A DNA stretch of 64,000 nucleotides from an uncultured Acidimicrobiaceae bacterium (GCA_963801695.1 CAWDFV010000001.1:206335-270334), one strand, 5' to 3'. Numbered from the stretch's first letter, positions 42,917 to 53,421 are shown. Program-made: numbers and translations. Notes: generated by a model not told the origin, from the letters alone.

Positions 42917-43211
42917 TTTCCAAACCCCCTCACACGAGACCGTCGCACTTCCATGCTCGACATTGTTGGTCGTGCACTCGTCATCAAATCTAGAGGGACT
43001 TGAAAATAATTCGACGATTGTAATGCGTGCTCGAAAGTGATGGTCACTTTCACGTCATCGAAACTCGAGACACGCATGATTTTCTTTGTGTCCTAACGTG
43101 CGGCCGCCAGCGCGCACAATGTTCACCGTATTCATCGACGAGCCGACAAAAGTGTCGGTAAGGTGCCTGACAAAGTCAGACCCAACACATCTGGGCACAA
43201 AGAGGTGAACC

Positions 43212-45046
43212 ATGACCAACGTCAGCGACTTCGTCATTCAACGAATGCAACAGTGGGGTGTTTCACGCGTCTTCGGTTTTCCGGGAGATGGCATCGGCGC
43301 GTTCGACGGGGCGCTTGGCAAAGCGGAGCGTGATGGAATGGGACTGCAGTACGTTCGTCCGACACACGAAGAGATCTGCGCACTCATGGCTACGGCCCAC
43401 GCGAAATTCACTGGCGAATTCGGCGTCTGCATTGCGACGTCGAGCCCGGAGCCTTCCATCTGCTAAATGGGCTCTACGACGCGCAAATGGATAACCAGCC
43501 CGTTATCGCCATCGTGGGGCAGCAGGGCCTCAACTCCTTTGGGACCTTCGCGCAGCAAGAGAACAATCTCGAGCGCGTCTTTGCCGACGTCGCCGTCTAC
43601 GTCCAGACCATCGTGTCGCCAGAGCAAGCGCCGGCGGTGGTGGACACCGCGTTCCGGTCGGCGCGGGTGCGCCTCCAGCCCGCCGTGATCATTATTCCCC
43701 ACGACGTTCAGGCAATGGAGATGGTCCTCCCGGAAGCGCGTGACGTGGGTTACACGGTCCAGCGCGGTCGCCCCCTCCACGGCGATCACCCCACCCGCAC
43801 AGCGAAGTCGCCAAGGCCGCCGACATCATCAACGCGGGATCGAAGGTCACATTCCTCGTCGGACACGGAGCGAACGGGGCAACTAACGAAGTCCTCGAAG
43901 CGGCTCGCCGAGCGGGTGCCGGCATCATTACTGCTCTGCGCGGCAAGCAGGTCGTGCCCTCGGAGATCCCGTATCACTCTCAACAATTGGGTCTGCTCGG
44001 GTCGTTACCGAGTTTGGTCCAGATGCGCGACTGCGACACGCTCGTCTTGCTCGGCACAAACTATCCCGTACAGCCAATTCCTGCCGGAATCCGGTCAAGC
44101 GCGCGCGCTGCAGATAGATCTCAAGCCCGAACAGTTGGGCCTTCGCTACCCCACGGAACTCAATCTTTGGGGTGACGTCAAGGCGACGCTCACGGCGCTG
44201 ATACCGCTACTCGAAACGAAGAGCGACCACTCGTGGCAGGACGGCGTCGCTGAAGGCATGCGCAAATGGGAGGCGGAGATGGAGGCGCAAGCCATGCTTT
44301 CCTACCCCGACGGCGTCAATCCCCGCCGCGTCTTTCACGAATTGAACAAGCGCCTTCCTCCAGAAGCGATAGTCACTGCCGACGCGGGCACGACCGCCGA
44401 TTGGTACGGCCACCACATTCGACTTCGACGAGGGATGATGGGAGATCTCTCGGGTCGACTGGCAACGATGCTGGCCGCAATGCCCTACGCGGAGGCTGCA
44501 AAGTTCGCCTTCTCAGATCGACCCGTGATTTGCACGATCGGCGACGGAGCGTTCCAGATGTTGGGGATGAACGAACTCATCACCATCAAGAAATACATGG
44601 ATCAATGGGACAACGCTCAATTCGTGATCGTCGTCCTTCACAATGATGACCTCGCCCAGGTCTCATGGGAGATGCGAACCGAAGACGCCAACCCGATGTG
44701 GAGCACGTCTCAAGATGTCCAATCAGTTGACTATGCGGGCTGGGCGGAGTTGGTGGGGTTCACAGGTATAAAGGTGACGAGTGACGATGAAATTGGACAA
44801 GCCTTCGATAGGGCATTTTCGACGCAAGGCGTCACACTCATCGATGCCTACACCAGCAAGAATGTGCCGCCACTCCCCCCGCACATCTCGCGAACGTTCG
44901 CTCTCAATACCATGAAGGCGTTGTTGAAAGGCGATCCCGCCGCGAGAGAGGTGGTCCGCGACAGCACCGAAGCCCTGCTGTCAGAGGGCCTGCAACGCGC
45001 AAAAAGTGTTTTGCATTTGACTGAGGATAAGTCTGCGAAGGACTGA
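43212..45046 (+). CDS. Thiamine-diphosphate-dependent enzyme (pyruvate oxidase-like), several frameshifts
   Basis: VFGFPGDGI, HEE...MATAHAKFTG, NGLYDA, SGRLATM, GDGAFQM...N. Confidence 0.85.
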
Positions 45047-45108
45047 AGCGGCACGCATAGAGGAACGCATCTCTCTATCGAGTCTTTGATGCGAGAACCG
45101 ATTGGAGC

Positions 45109-46896
45109 ATGATGACAGGTCGTAGAACAGTGGTAATCACGGGAGCCACGGCCGGGGTGGGACGCGAGACCGCCCGCCTCTTCGCAAGAAATGGATTTGA
45201 CGTAGCGTTGCTTGCCCGCGGCGACGTTGGACTCGCGGCAGCCGCCCGCGAAGTGGTGTCTTTCGGCCAACGGTGCATTCCGATACCGACCGACGTCGCG
45301 GACTTCGACCAGATGGAACGCGCGGCCGAACTTGTCGAGACACAGCTGGGTCCAATCGACGTCTGGGTGAACAACGCCATGACGACGGTCTTCTCCCCGC
45401 TCCATGACGTGACTCCCGCGGACTTCGAGCGAGCGGTCCAGGTCTCCTTTCTCGGTCAAGTATGGGGAACGATGGTGGCATTACAGCGGATGCGACCCCG
45501 CAACGCGGGATCGATCATCAACGTTGGTTCAGCGCTGTCATTCGTGGGCATACCACTGCAATCGGCGTACTGCGCATCGAAGTTCGCTTGTCGAGGATTC
45601 TTCGAAGCGACGCGCGCGGAGATTCTCCACGACCGATTGAACGTGCGGCTGTCGATGGTTCATCTGCCGGCGATGAACACACCCCAATTCGACTGGTGCG
45701 AGACCACGATGGAGTACCATCCCCAACCCGTCCCGCCCATCTACCAGCCCGAGATTGCGGCGCAGGCAATATTCGACACTGCAATCGACGGGAAACGATC
45801 GCGAATTGTCGGCTCGTGGAACAAGATGTTGGTCGTCATGGACAGTTTCTTTCCCGGACTTGGCAACCACTTCGCGTCACTCGGAGCCTGGGATAGTCAA
45901 CTGACAAAGCAACCGATCGAACCGAATCGACCATCAAATCTTCACACTCCAGCAGATGAGGACGTCGACTATGGCGGGCACGGCATCTTCGACAGTAGGT
46001 CTCGGGGCGTAAGAGATACATCGTTTCTCGTCACGCTCCCGAAGATTGGGCTCACGTATGCGAGGGCTCTTCTTGCAACCTTGCGTGAGTCCGCCGACGT
46101 TCGCCGACGCCACGAGGACTATCGCAAGCGACTCGAAGTGGAGGAGTCGTCTGAACAGCGTGACGATCCGCCGACCGACACTGACGCATCGCCTGCCGCT
46201 GTGCTGCACAGCGAATCGGGGCGCTTCGGGAGCCGAACTGACAAGACACGATCTCGAAAACGATTCCTCGATTCAGGCGACTTCGTCAATGCAATACCAG
46301 ACCCCGAGCACGACTCGCTTGATGTCTTGACCAACGAGGATCACTTCCTACTCAAGCTTTTCGATGGGCTCGCGTTGAGTCGGGGTTCGTCGGTTGAAGA
46401 GCGCTACGCCTACGGAAACCTCGCCAAGGAGTGTATACGACACGTCGCGGTGCGCCAGTCCAGCATCGTCGACATCACGAGGGTTCTAGAAGACGTACCA
46501 GAGCTGCGCACAGAAAGGGAGCGGTTGTTTCGAGGTGCGGTTGAACGTCGACAGTTGTTCGACCAGAGCGCAATGATGGCACGCGGCGTGCCCCTGACCG
46601 CGTTGGGCCTGGGACAGGATTTCGATGGAATCTTCGATCAATTGATCGACGCGTTGAAGTGTGAAATCCAGTGGGAGCTGTCGGGTGTTCTTTCAACGAT
46701 TCGCTCCACGCTGGTTGAACGTCAAGCGGTGGGGAAACTTCGCGGCGCTCGATATGTCCGTCGACATGCCCCGACGTACTTAAGCCTCAAAGGTCCCCAG
46801 TGGTATGAGCGTGCACCAGTGATTTCCACTCTGGTGACCATCTATAGCCATTTGAACGATCTACCTCGTGCTTCGAGAGAGTGGCGAAGTTCCTAG
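45109..46896 (+). CDS. SDR oxidoreductase with a long C-terminal hemerythrin-like extension
   Basis: TGATAGVG, VNNA, YCASK; extra ~250 aa including a helical region with RH and RHAPT. Confidence 0.75.
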   Translation: MMTGRRTVVITGATAGVGRETARLFARNGFDVALLARGDVGLAAAAREVVSFGQRCIPIPTDVADFDQMERAAELVETQLGPIDVWVNNAMTTVFSPLHDVTPADFERAVQVSFLGQVWGTMVALQRMRPRNAGSIINVGSALSFVGIPLQSAYCASKFACRGFFEATRAEILHDRLNVRLSMVHLPAMNTPQFDWCETTMEYHPQPVPPIYQPEIAAQAIFDTAIDGKRSRIVGSWNKMLVVMDSFFPGLGNHFASLGAWDSQLTKQPIEPNRPSNLHTPADEDVDYGGHGIFDSRSRGVRDTSFLVTLPKIGLTYARALLATLRESADVRRRHEDYRKRLEVEESSEQRDDPPTDTDASPAAVLHSESGRFGSRTDKTRSRKRFLDSGDFVNAIPDPEHDSLDVLTNEDHFLLKLFDGLALSRGSSVEERYAYGNLAKECIRHVAVRQSSIVDITRVLEDVPELRTERERLFRGAVERRQLFDQSAMMARGVPLTALGLGQDFDGIFDQLIDALKCEIQWELSGVLSTIRSTLVERQAVGKLRGARYVRRHAPTYLSLKGPQWYERAPVISTLVTIYSHLNDLPRASREWRSS

Positions 46897-47020
46897 TTCG
46901 CCTCACGTGGCCGCACGGACGTATCTTCGCTTGCGTCTTTCACGCGTGCGCCTGCACGAACCGAAACATGTGGGTGCCTCACCGCCAGGTCGACGAACTC
47001 GTAGGCGCACTATTTGTGCA

Positions 47021-48162
47021 TCAATTCTCAGCGTTAACGTCATCGCGCTCCCAGTATCGATGCCAACCAATGGCTTCGATGAGCGAAGTGATGAACGTAC
47101 GTGACGGGGACGCGCCCGTCACCACACCCGGAAGTTCGTCACTGATGCCGCTGCGGTCGAGTACCGCACGACCCGAACCAAGCGGCGATCGGCTTGTGGT
47201 GGCGGTACACCTCTTCAATATTCAATGCGCAGTACGCATCGCCGTTGAACACTTCTGCACCGTCACCTCCCACGACGACCAGCGCGTCGTACTCGACCGA
47301 CTGCGTCACGAGGGCTGACTTGTCCACGGCGACAGGTTCGTCGCCGCCGTCGATCGTGCCGCCGTGCGGCGCGATGAACTTCACGACGATGCCTGCCGAA
47401 CGTAACGCTTTCTTCAACGTCTTCAGTGCCGCGCCGTCAACACCGTCAGCTGCGTAAGTACCGACGACGCGGCCCGCAACGGAGTCAGGTTCACTTGGTA
47501 GAATTGACAACGCCTCGGAAACGAAAGGATCAGAGATAGGTTTGCCACGTGACACCGTCTTTCCCAAATTGACGGCGACGCGCTGCGCGAGTTCCGTCGA
47601 CACACGTTCTCATCCAGAACCTTTCCGAGTTCAAAGGAGAAGGCGCCGACGATGTGATCCTGTTCCGGAACGCTCATGCTCGCCCAATACATGGATGCTT
47701 GCGAGAAGTGATCGGAAAAAGAAGAGGCACGTTGACGAACCCTCGGACCACTTGTCGCGCGAGGCTCGGCAACGAAGCCAGCGTTGCCTGTGGGAAAAGG
47801 GCAACCACCACCCAACGCATTCGGAGTGTACGCCGCTACTCCCTCGACGACAGCCTGCTGAGCAAAGCCATCACGCTTTGTCGTGTTAACCGGCGAGTGG
47901 GGGCGATTGATTGGCAGTTGATCGAAGTTCGGGCCACCGGGTCGGGTGAATTGGGTATCGAGATAGGAGAAGTTCCGTGCCTGCCACAACGGATCGTCGG
48001 TGAAGCCGATGCCGCACGGCACGTGATCGGTGCAAAACGCGACTTGCTCCGTCTCAGCGAAGTAGTTCGTCGGACTCCTGTTGAGCGTTAATCGGCCGAT
48101 GATCTGGACGGGAGCGAGCTCTTCGGGGACGGGCCTCGTAGGATCGAGCAAGTCGATGCCTG
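47021..48162 (-). pseudogene. katE: Catalase HPII 3' fragment (catalase C-terminal part plus DJ-1/PfpI-like domain), 5' end missing
   Basis: GIDLLDPT, NYFAETEQVAF, DDPLWQARNFSYLDTQ, DHFSQA, SVEYDA, HR.WER over three frames. Confidence 0.85.
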
Positions 48163-48163
48163 T

Positions 48164-48397
48164 AGATCGGAACAACCATGAACGTCGTGCCGTTCGCCCT
48201 CGAGGGCTTGCCGGACCTGCTCGGCACGCCGGGTCGGCCGATGACTGTTCCCTACGCCCTCACCTCATTCGCCCGCGCGTGCGTCAGTAAGGAGTTCACC
48301 CTGCTCGCGTTGAACAAGACGAGTCCGATCGTCGACTACCTGCGCGACCTGGCCAAGCACGAGCACGACACCTGCGGTGGTCCCGGCGTCGGTGCAC
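48164..48397 (+). pseudogene. Copy C of DLH: codons 1-10 joined to codons ~66-126
   Basis: AGATCGG-N7-ATG MNVVPFALEG|LPDLLGTPGRPMT...CGGPGVGA; ends just before the catalytic GMC motif. Confidence 0.88.
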
Positions 48398-48472
48398 CAG
48401 ATATCGAAGGTGCCTCACCCGATTGCTCAGTGCACAGTCCATTACTTACGCAACAAACAAACAGTACCTACG

Positions 48473-49417
48473 TTACGGATGTCGTGCGATGGAGTCGAGA
48501 ATCGCCGCAACGCGAATTGAATCTGCACTAGTCACAATCCAGCCACTGTCACCTTCAATCACTCCACTGACATTTTCCACCATTTCTACAAAAGCGTTTG
48601 TGACAGGGAATTCTTCAGGCACATCATTGACCAGTAGGGAACTGGTTTCGTTCCATGATGTGAAAGACTCGCCGACTTCAGTGCTGATCTGCCCGTGAGA
48701 CCCTTGCACAATGAGCTGTTGATGGCTCGGTAAGGCAAAAGAACTTACCGAGTGTGCAGTGATGTTGTTGTTGATGCGCACTCTGACATCAGTAGTCAGG
48801 TCAATGCCCGTTGGCCCGATTGTGCGTTCAAGTTGAGTAATTGTGAGATCAGAGGCGCCCTTGGTGAGTGCGACCCACGCGTGCGCTTGGTAACAGCCCA
48901 CATCAAGTAATGCTCCACCACCCATAGATGGACTGAGTCGATAGTTGTCGGTCATCTCAGAGGTGAACGTGAAAGCTGTCTCGATATGTTCGACGTCACC
49001 GACTTCCCCACTGCTAACAAGCTGAACCATCCGAGCGAAACGTGGATGCCATCTGCCCCACACTGCTTCAACAAGTAGTCGACCGTTGTGCGCAGCAGAA
49101 TTAAACATTGCCGCTGTTTCAATGGAACTTAATCCAAGGGGTTTTTCACAGAGAACATGCTTGCCGGCCTCGAGCGACTTCGTCACCCATTCGATATGTT
49201 GACTGTTCGACAAACTGATGTACACGGCATCAACACGTTCGTCGGCCAAGAGGTCGTCATATGTTGCATGAACTCGTTCCGGTTCAAGAGTTGCGGACCG
49301 TTGCTCATCGCGGCTGGCGACGGCATACAAGGTTGCTCCGCGCGATCTGTGAACGGCGGGGGCTAGGCCACGACTGGCAACAAAGCCAGCGCCAAGGAAT
49401 CCCCAATGAACAGCCAC
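48473..49417 (-). CDS. Gfo/Idh/MocA oxidoreductase, low GC
   Basis: WGFLGAG, AGKHVLCEKP, GGGALLDVGCY. Confidence 0.9.
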   Translation of the reverse strand: MAVHWGFLGAGFVASRGLAPAVHRSRGATLYAVASRDEQRSATLEPERVHATYDDLLADERVDAVYISLSNSQHIEWVTKSLEAGKHVLCEKPLGLSSIETAAMFNSAAHNGRLLVEAVWGRWHPRFARMVQLVSSGEVGDVEHIETAFTFTSEMTDNYRLSPSMGGGALLDVGCYQAHAWVALTKGASDLTITQLERTIGPTGIDLTTDVRVRINNNITAHSVSSFALPSHQQLIVQGSHGQISTEVGESFTSWNETSSLLVNDVPEEFPVTNAFVEMVENVSGVIEGDSGWIVTSADSIRVAAILDSIARHP

Positions 49418-49420
49418 TTG

Positions 49421-50449
49421 CTACGACCGACGAAGCACTGGCGTCACCGGCAATGCATTCTGCATGGCTGACTGTTCGGCAGCTTGCATAATTGCCACAA
49501 CATTGCGAGATTGCAGTGCATTCACTTCCATAGGAGATCCATTGTTAATGTGCCCGACAATTGAACGATGGAATTCGTTCGGTTCTAGCGGTCGTAATGT
49601 GGCAATACGCGAAGTTCCGTCAGCGTGATGCACTGTCAATATCGCGGGTAAGTCGGCGACCGCTGGCTCGCCCGCAGGATCCCAATCACCAACGATTGCG
49701 CCTTCGGTACCCAGCACATAGAACTTTGGCTTTCGAGCAGCAGCAAGATCGGAATGAACAAAAATTGCTTGCTTGCCGGACGAAAAAGTCACGGTGACAT
49801 GTGCGTGGTCAGCATTCGTTGCATGGGTCCATACGCGCTTGTGATTTTGCCCACTGACATGTGCGACGTCGTCAGGGATGATGTTCAGAATCTGATCAAT
49901 GAAATGGCTTCCCCAGTCAAAGATTGCGCCACCAGATACCTCGGCATTCGAGTGCCAATAGTCGCACGGCCGTGAATACCCGCCGACAAAACTCTCGTAG
50001 TGGTAGACGTCTCCAATTTCACCGGAACGAATGATCTGGCGCATCGTGACAAAGTCTTCATCAAATCTGCGATTCTGATACACCACAAGCATGAGGTCCT
50101 TTTCTGATGCAAGGAAGATCAATTCATCGCATTGATCAGCACTGAGCGCCATCGGCTTTTCAAGGACAACATGAACGCTTCGTAGCAGTGATTCTTTGGC
50201 CCATTGATAGTGGCTATTCGGTGGAGTGGAAATAATGACCAGGTCGAGAAGGCCAGAATCCAGCATTTCACTTGCATCGCTAAAAGTGGTTGCCTGCGGG
50301 GCAAGTTGCAGTGCCGCTTTGACACGTTGAGGATCGGTGTCACACACAGCCAAAAGTTCGAGACCGACTGTGCTTAGGACTGCTTGGTTGTGCTCGTGTC
50401 CAATTGCACCATATGCAAGGAGACCAACTCGAATGGTGCTTTTTTCCAC
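49421..50449 (-). CDS. Gfo/Idh/MocA oxidoreductase, low GC
   Basis: VGLLAYGAIG, STPPNSH, HVVLEKP, YQNRRFD, GGAIFDWGSH. Confidence 0.9.
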   Translation of the reverse strand: MEKSTIRVGLLAYGAIGHEHNQAVLSTVGLELLAVCDTDPQRVKAALQLAPQATTFSDASEMLDSGLLDLVIISTPPNSHYQWAKESLLRSVHVVLEKPMALSADQCDELIFLASEKDLMLVVYQNRRFDEDFVTMRQIIRSGEIGDVYHYESFVGGYSRPCDYWHSNAEVSGGAIFDWGSHFIDQILNIIPDDVAHVSGQNHKRVWTHATNADHAHVTVTFSSGKQAIFVHSDLAAARKPKFYVLGTEGAIVGDWDPAGEPAVADLPAILTVHHADGTSRIATLRPLEPNEFHRSIVGHINNGSPMEVNALQSRNVVAIMQAAEQSAMQNALPVTPVLRRS

Positions 50450-50676
50450 GACAAACGAGTCTATTTATTTTTGTAGAATTGGAAACGCATGCGCTTGGCA
50501 ATGATGGACCAGCGTCAACGGGTGTCGGAGGCCCACATGAACCCGCACTCATTATAAGAATGATCCCCCACTAGGTATGGCTTCGGGGAGCGAGTTTGTG
50601 ACCCCCCGCTGCACCGCGATGACGCCACCTTCTCCAACACTGAAAGAATTATTGAAATCCCGAGATCGGATCAATC

Positions 50677-51501
50677 GTGAGCGTCGTACCCTTCGCCCTT
50701 GAGGGCTTCGAGATGCAGCCCTTTACGTCGTCGGAGGGACGAAAGCGCGACGTCTATCGCCGAGGTAGCGGCCCGGCCGTCATCATCATCCATGAAGTTC
50801 CAGGCATCACGCCGGACGTGGCCGCTTTCGCGCGCCGCGTCGCGGAGCGCGGAATGACGGTCGTCCTGCCAGATCTGCTCGGCACCCCGGGACGACCGAT
50901 GACCATTCCCTACGCGCTCTCGTCATTCGCACGCGCATGCATCAGCAAGGAGTTCACACTCCTCGCCCTGAACAAGACGAGCCCGATCGTTGACTACCTA
51001 CGCGATCTGGCGAAGTATGAGCACGGTGCGTGTGGAGGTCCAGGGGTCGGCGCACTCGGGATGTGTCTCACGGGCGGCTTTGCCCTCGCGATGTGCGTCG
51101 AGCCCTCCGTCATTGCACCGGTGATGAGTCAACCGTCCCTGCCGTTGCCCACCAACGCTGAGCATCGCCGCGCGCCCGGTATGTCCGACGCCGACTTCGC
51201 GGTCGTGCAGCGCCGAACGGCGGACGACCTTTGCGTCATGGGACTGCGCTTCAGCAGTGACACCAAATCACCGGCCGATCGCTTCGCCCGATTTCGTGAG
51301 ACTTTGGGCGAGAAGTTCATGGGCGTCGAGATCGACTCTTCACCCGGCAATCCCTGGGGGTACAAGAAATCGGCGCACTCGGTACTGACCCAGGACTACT
51401 CCGACGAGGCGACCTCACCGACTCGTCGAGCCCTCGAGGACGTGCTGAAGTTTTTCACCACTCGTCTCGAGGTCGCGGGGACGTCAGACCCCCAGAGCTG
51501 A
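50677..51501 (+). CDS. Dienelactone hydrolase family protein (intact copy D)
   Basis: IIHEVPG, nucleophile GMCLTGG, D in FSSD, AHSVLT. Confidence 0.9.
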   Translation: MSVVPFALEGFEMQPFTSSEGRKRDVYRRGSGPAVIIIHEVPGITPDVAAFARRVAERGMTVVLPDLLGTPGRPMTIPYALSSFARACISKEFTLLALNKTSPIVDYLRDLAKYEHGACGGPGVGALGMCLTGGFALAMCVEPSVIAPVMSQPSLPLPTNAEHRRAPGMSDADFAVVQRRTADDLCVMGLRFSSDTKSPADRFARFRETLGEKFMGVEIDSSPGNPWGYKKSAHSVLTQDYSDEATSPTRRALEDVLKFFTTRLEVAGTSDPQS

Positions 51502-51507
51502 GCGGCG

Positions 51508-51939
51508 ATGGCGAGTTACTGGGGAATGACCCCGAAGCAGTCGGTGCTCTTCGAGTGTGAACGTCGCACTCCCGCCGCCGTCGTGCACGACTGCGTGGCG
51601 ATACTCTCCGGCGAAGAGCCCGACGCGGAGTTCTTGCGCATCATCGGCGGGCCATCGGCCGAATCAGTCCTCGAGGGTCGAGCAGGGGGACTCGAGGGTT
51701 ACTGGCCCCGGGTGTGGGCCGCGAGAGGTCTGTTACACGTGTGGGACGACACGGCGACCGAAGCGGTCGTCGGTGCGACGACCGACCAGTCGTGGCGCGT
51801 GCGTGAGATGGCGGCCAAGGTCATCGCGAGTCATCACGTCACCGCGGCCATCGACGCGGTCGTGGTCTTGCTGGACGACGAGAACGCTCGGGTGCGAAGC
51901 GCGGCCGCTCGAGCCTTTCGCGTCGTGGCCGAGACGTAG
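51508..51939 (+). CDS. HEAT-repeat protein
   Basis: WPRVWAARGL, DQSWRVREMAAK, DDENARVRSAAARA. Confidence 0.8.
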   Translation: MASYWGMTPKQSVLFECERRTPAAVVHDCVAILSGEEPDAEFLRIIGGPSAESVLEGRAGGLEGYWPRVWAARGLLHVWDDTATEAVVGATTDQSWRVREMAAKVIASHHVTAAIDAVVVLLDDENARVRSAAARAFRVVAET

Positions 51940-51954
51940 GCGCCCACGCGACGT

Positions 51955-52398
51955 CTAGGGCGAGACGATCTCGGCGAATTGGCTGGCGATGAGGCTCTTG
52001 TCCTCCGGATCGGCGATGACGTCGATCAAGCGGGTGGCTAAGGCCGCGTAGTTGTTGAACTCTTCGACGTTGCCGGTCGTCGCGTAGGCGCGCGCCACGC
52101 CTTCGGCGGTCGAGGCCACCAACCAGTCGGGGACCTCGTTGTCCTGGGCGGCGGCGTGTGCGCGCTGGGCGAATCGCAGGGCCAGCGCACCGTCGCCGAG
52201 CGCTGCGGCGACGCGCGCGACCATCCAGTCGCTGACGATCCACTGTTCGAGTTCGCCCGCGTTGAGCCAGTGATAGCGAGCGCTGAGGGCGACGGTGAGT
52301 AACTCGACGTCACCGTCGGCGTCGCGAGTCGACTCGAGTAGTTCCCAACAGCGATTGTAGAGTTGCGTCGCCAACTCACGGTCATCTAACTGCGCCAC
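51955..52398 (-). CDS. Conserved hypothetical helical (TPR-like) protein
   Basis: YNRCWELLE, ARYHW, DWLVAS..EGVARAYA. Confidence 0.7.
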   Translation of the reverse strand: MAQLDDRELATQLYNRCWELLESTRDADGDVELLTVALSARYHWLNAGELEQWIVSDWMVARVAAALGDGALALRFAQRAHAAAQDNEVPDWLVASTAEGVARAYATTGNVEEFNNYAALATRLIDVIADPEDKSLIASQFAEIVSP

Positions 52399-52407
52399 GA
52401 ACGAATC

Positions 52408-52809
52408 CTAAATGTCGGGCATCACCTCGAACCAGATCAAGACGATCGGCGTGAAATCGTCGATCACGTCACCGTGATCGGCCCAGAATCGCTGGTGCCC
52501 GTCGCGCCACGCCTCGAGCGTCTCGTCGCCCTCGGCCTCGGCCTGGGCGAAGGCCCACGGTACTTCGATGAACGGAACGGTCGCGACGTCCGCGACGCGC
52601 ACGGTCGCCACCCGCCGGTCCTCGTCATCCACGAGCGACAGCAGTTCCCCTTCGGACTCCAACTCCTCGTCTTCACGCACGTAGTCGAGCAAGAGCCCCG
52701 CGGTCGCCCGTTTGTGACCGTCGAGAATCAGTTGATTGAGTCGCTGTCGCATCGGACCCGGTGTACCGATTTCCAGCGCGCGATGGCCGTCGACGATTGC
52801 AAACGCCAT
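52408..52809 (-). CDS. ASCH domain protein
   Basis: LILDGHKRATA, FAQAEAEGD..LEAWR..H..FW; GGAGG RBS. Confidence 0.88.
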   Translation of the reverse strand: MAFAIVDGHRALEIGTPGPMRQRLNQLILDGHKRATAGLLLDYVREDEELESEGELLSLVDDEDRRVATVRVADVATVPFIEVPWAFAQAEAEGDETLEAWRDGHQRFWADHGDVIDDFTPIVLIWFEVMPDI

Positions 52810-52910
52810 GGCGACACCTCCACGAGTAACGGGGACATCACAATCTACGGCGCGCTCACAACGGCGTGCGTTCTCGAGACCGCACGCGGACGGGGTGCTA
52901 GACATCGTGC

Positions 52911-53381
52911 GTGACCAGACGTGCCCGTTTTCGTTGGCTCATCGGCGTACCCGTGGCGCTCGCGGCCCTGCTCGTCGCACTCGTGCTCCCGTCGGCTCCA
53001 CCGGCCCTCGCCGGAACCGTCACGACATCGACCGTGCCGTGTCAGAGTCCGAAGCTCAAGACTGATTACCGGATCGATCAGTGTCTCGTCACCCAGATGA
53101 AGATCGCGACGAGTCGGATGAACACCTCGCTGCGCGAGGAGTCCGACTTCTTTCGTTACGCGACACGCAAACAAGACTGGCGCGTCGCGCATCGCACCCA
53201 GGCCACCTTCATGGCGTACGCGCGCGAGACGTGTCTCGCCGAGACCAATCCGTACTCGTCAGGCACGATCGAACCGATCCTCTACGGCGAGTGCGCCCTG
53301 CAACTGTTCCACCAGCGACTCGCCGAGATACGACGGGCGATCTCTGATTTTCGAAACGGCGGCGAGTCCCAACGTTCGTGA
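52911..53381 (+). CDS. Secreted DUF1311/LprI-like protein
   Basis: Signal peptide; four Cys; Q..F..Y....C...G......C...L...R pattern. Confidence 0.7.
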   Translation: MTRRARFRWLIGVPVALAALLVALVLPSAPPALAGTVTTSTVPCQSPKLKTDYRIDQCLVTQMKIATSRMNTSLREESDFFRYATRKQDWRVAHRTQATFMAYARETCLAETNPYSSGTIEPILYGECALQLFHQRLAEIRRAISDFRNGGESQRS

Positions 53382-53421
53382 GGACCGTGACGGCGTCGAC
53401 GCCTCACGATAGGGTCGCTCC

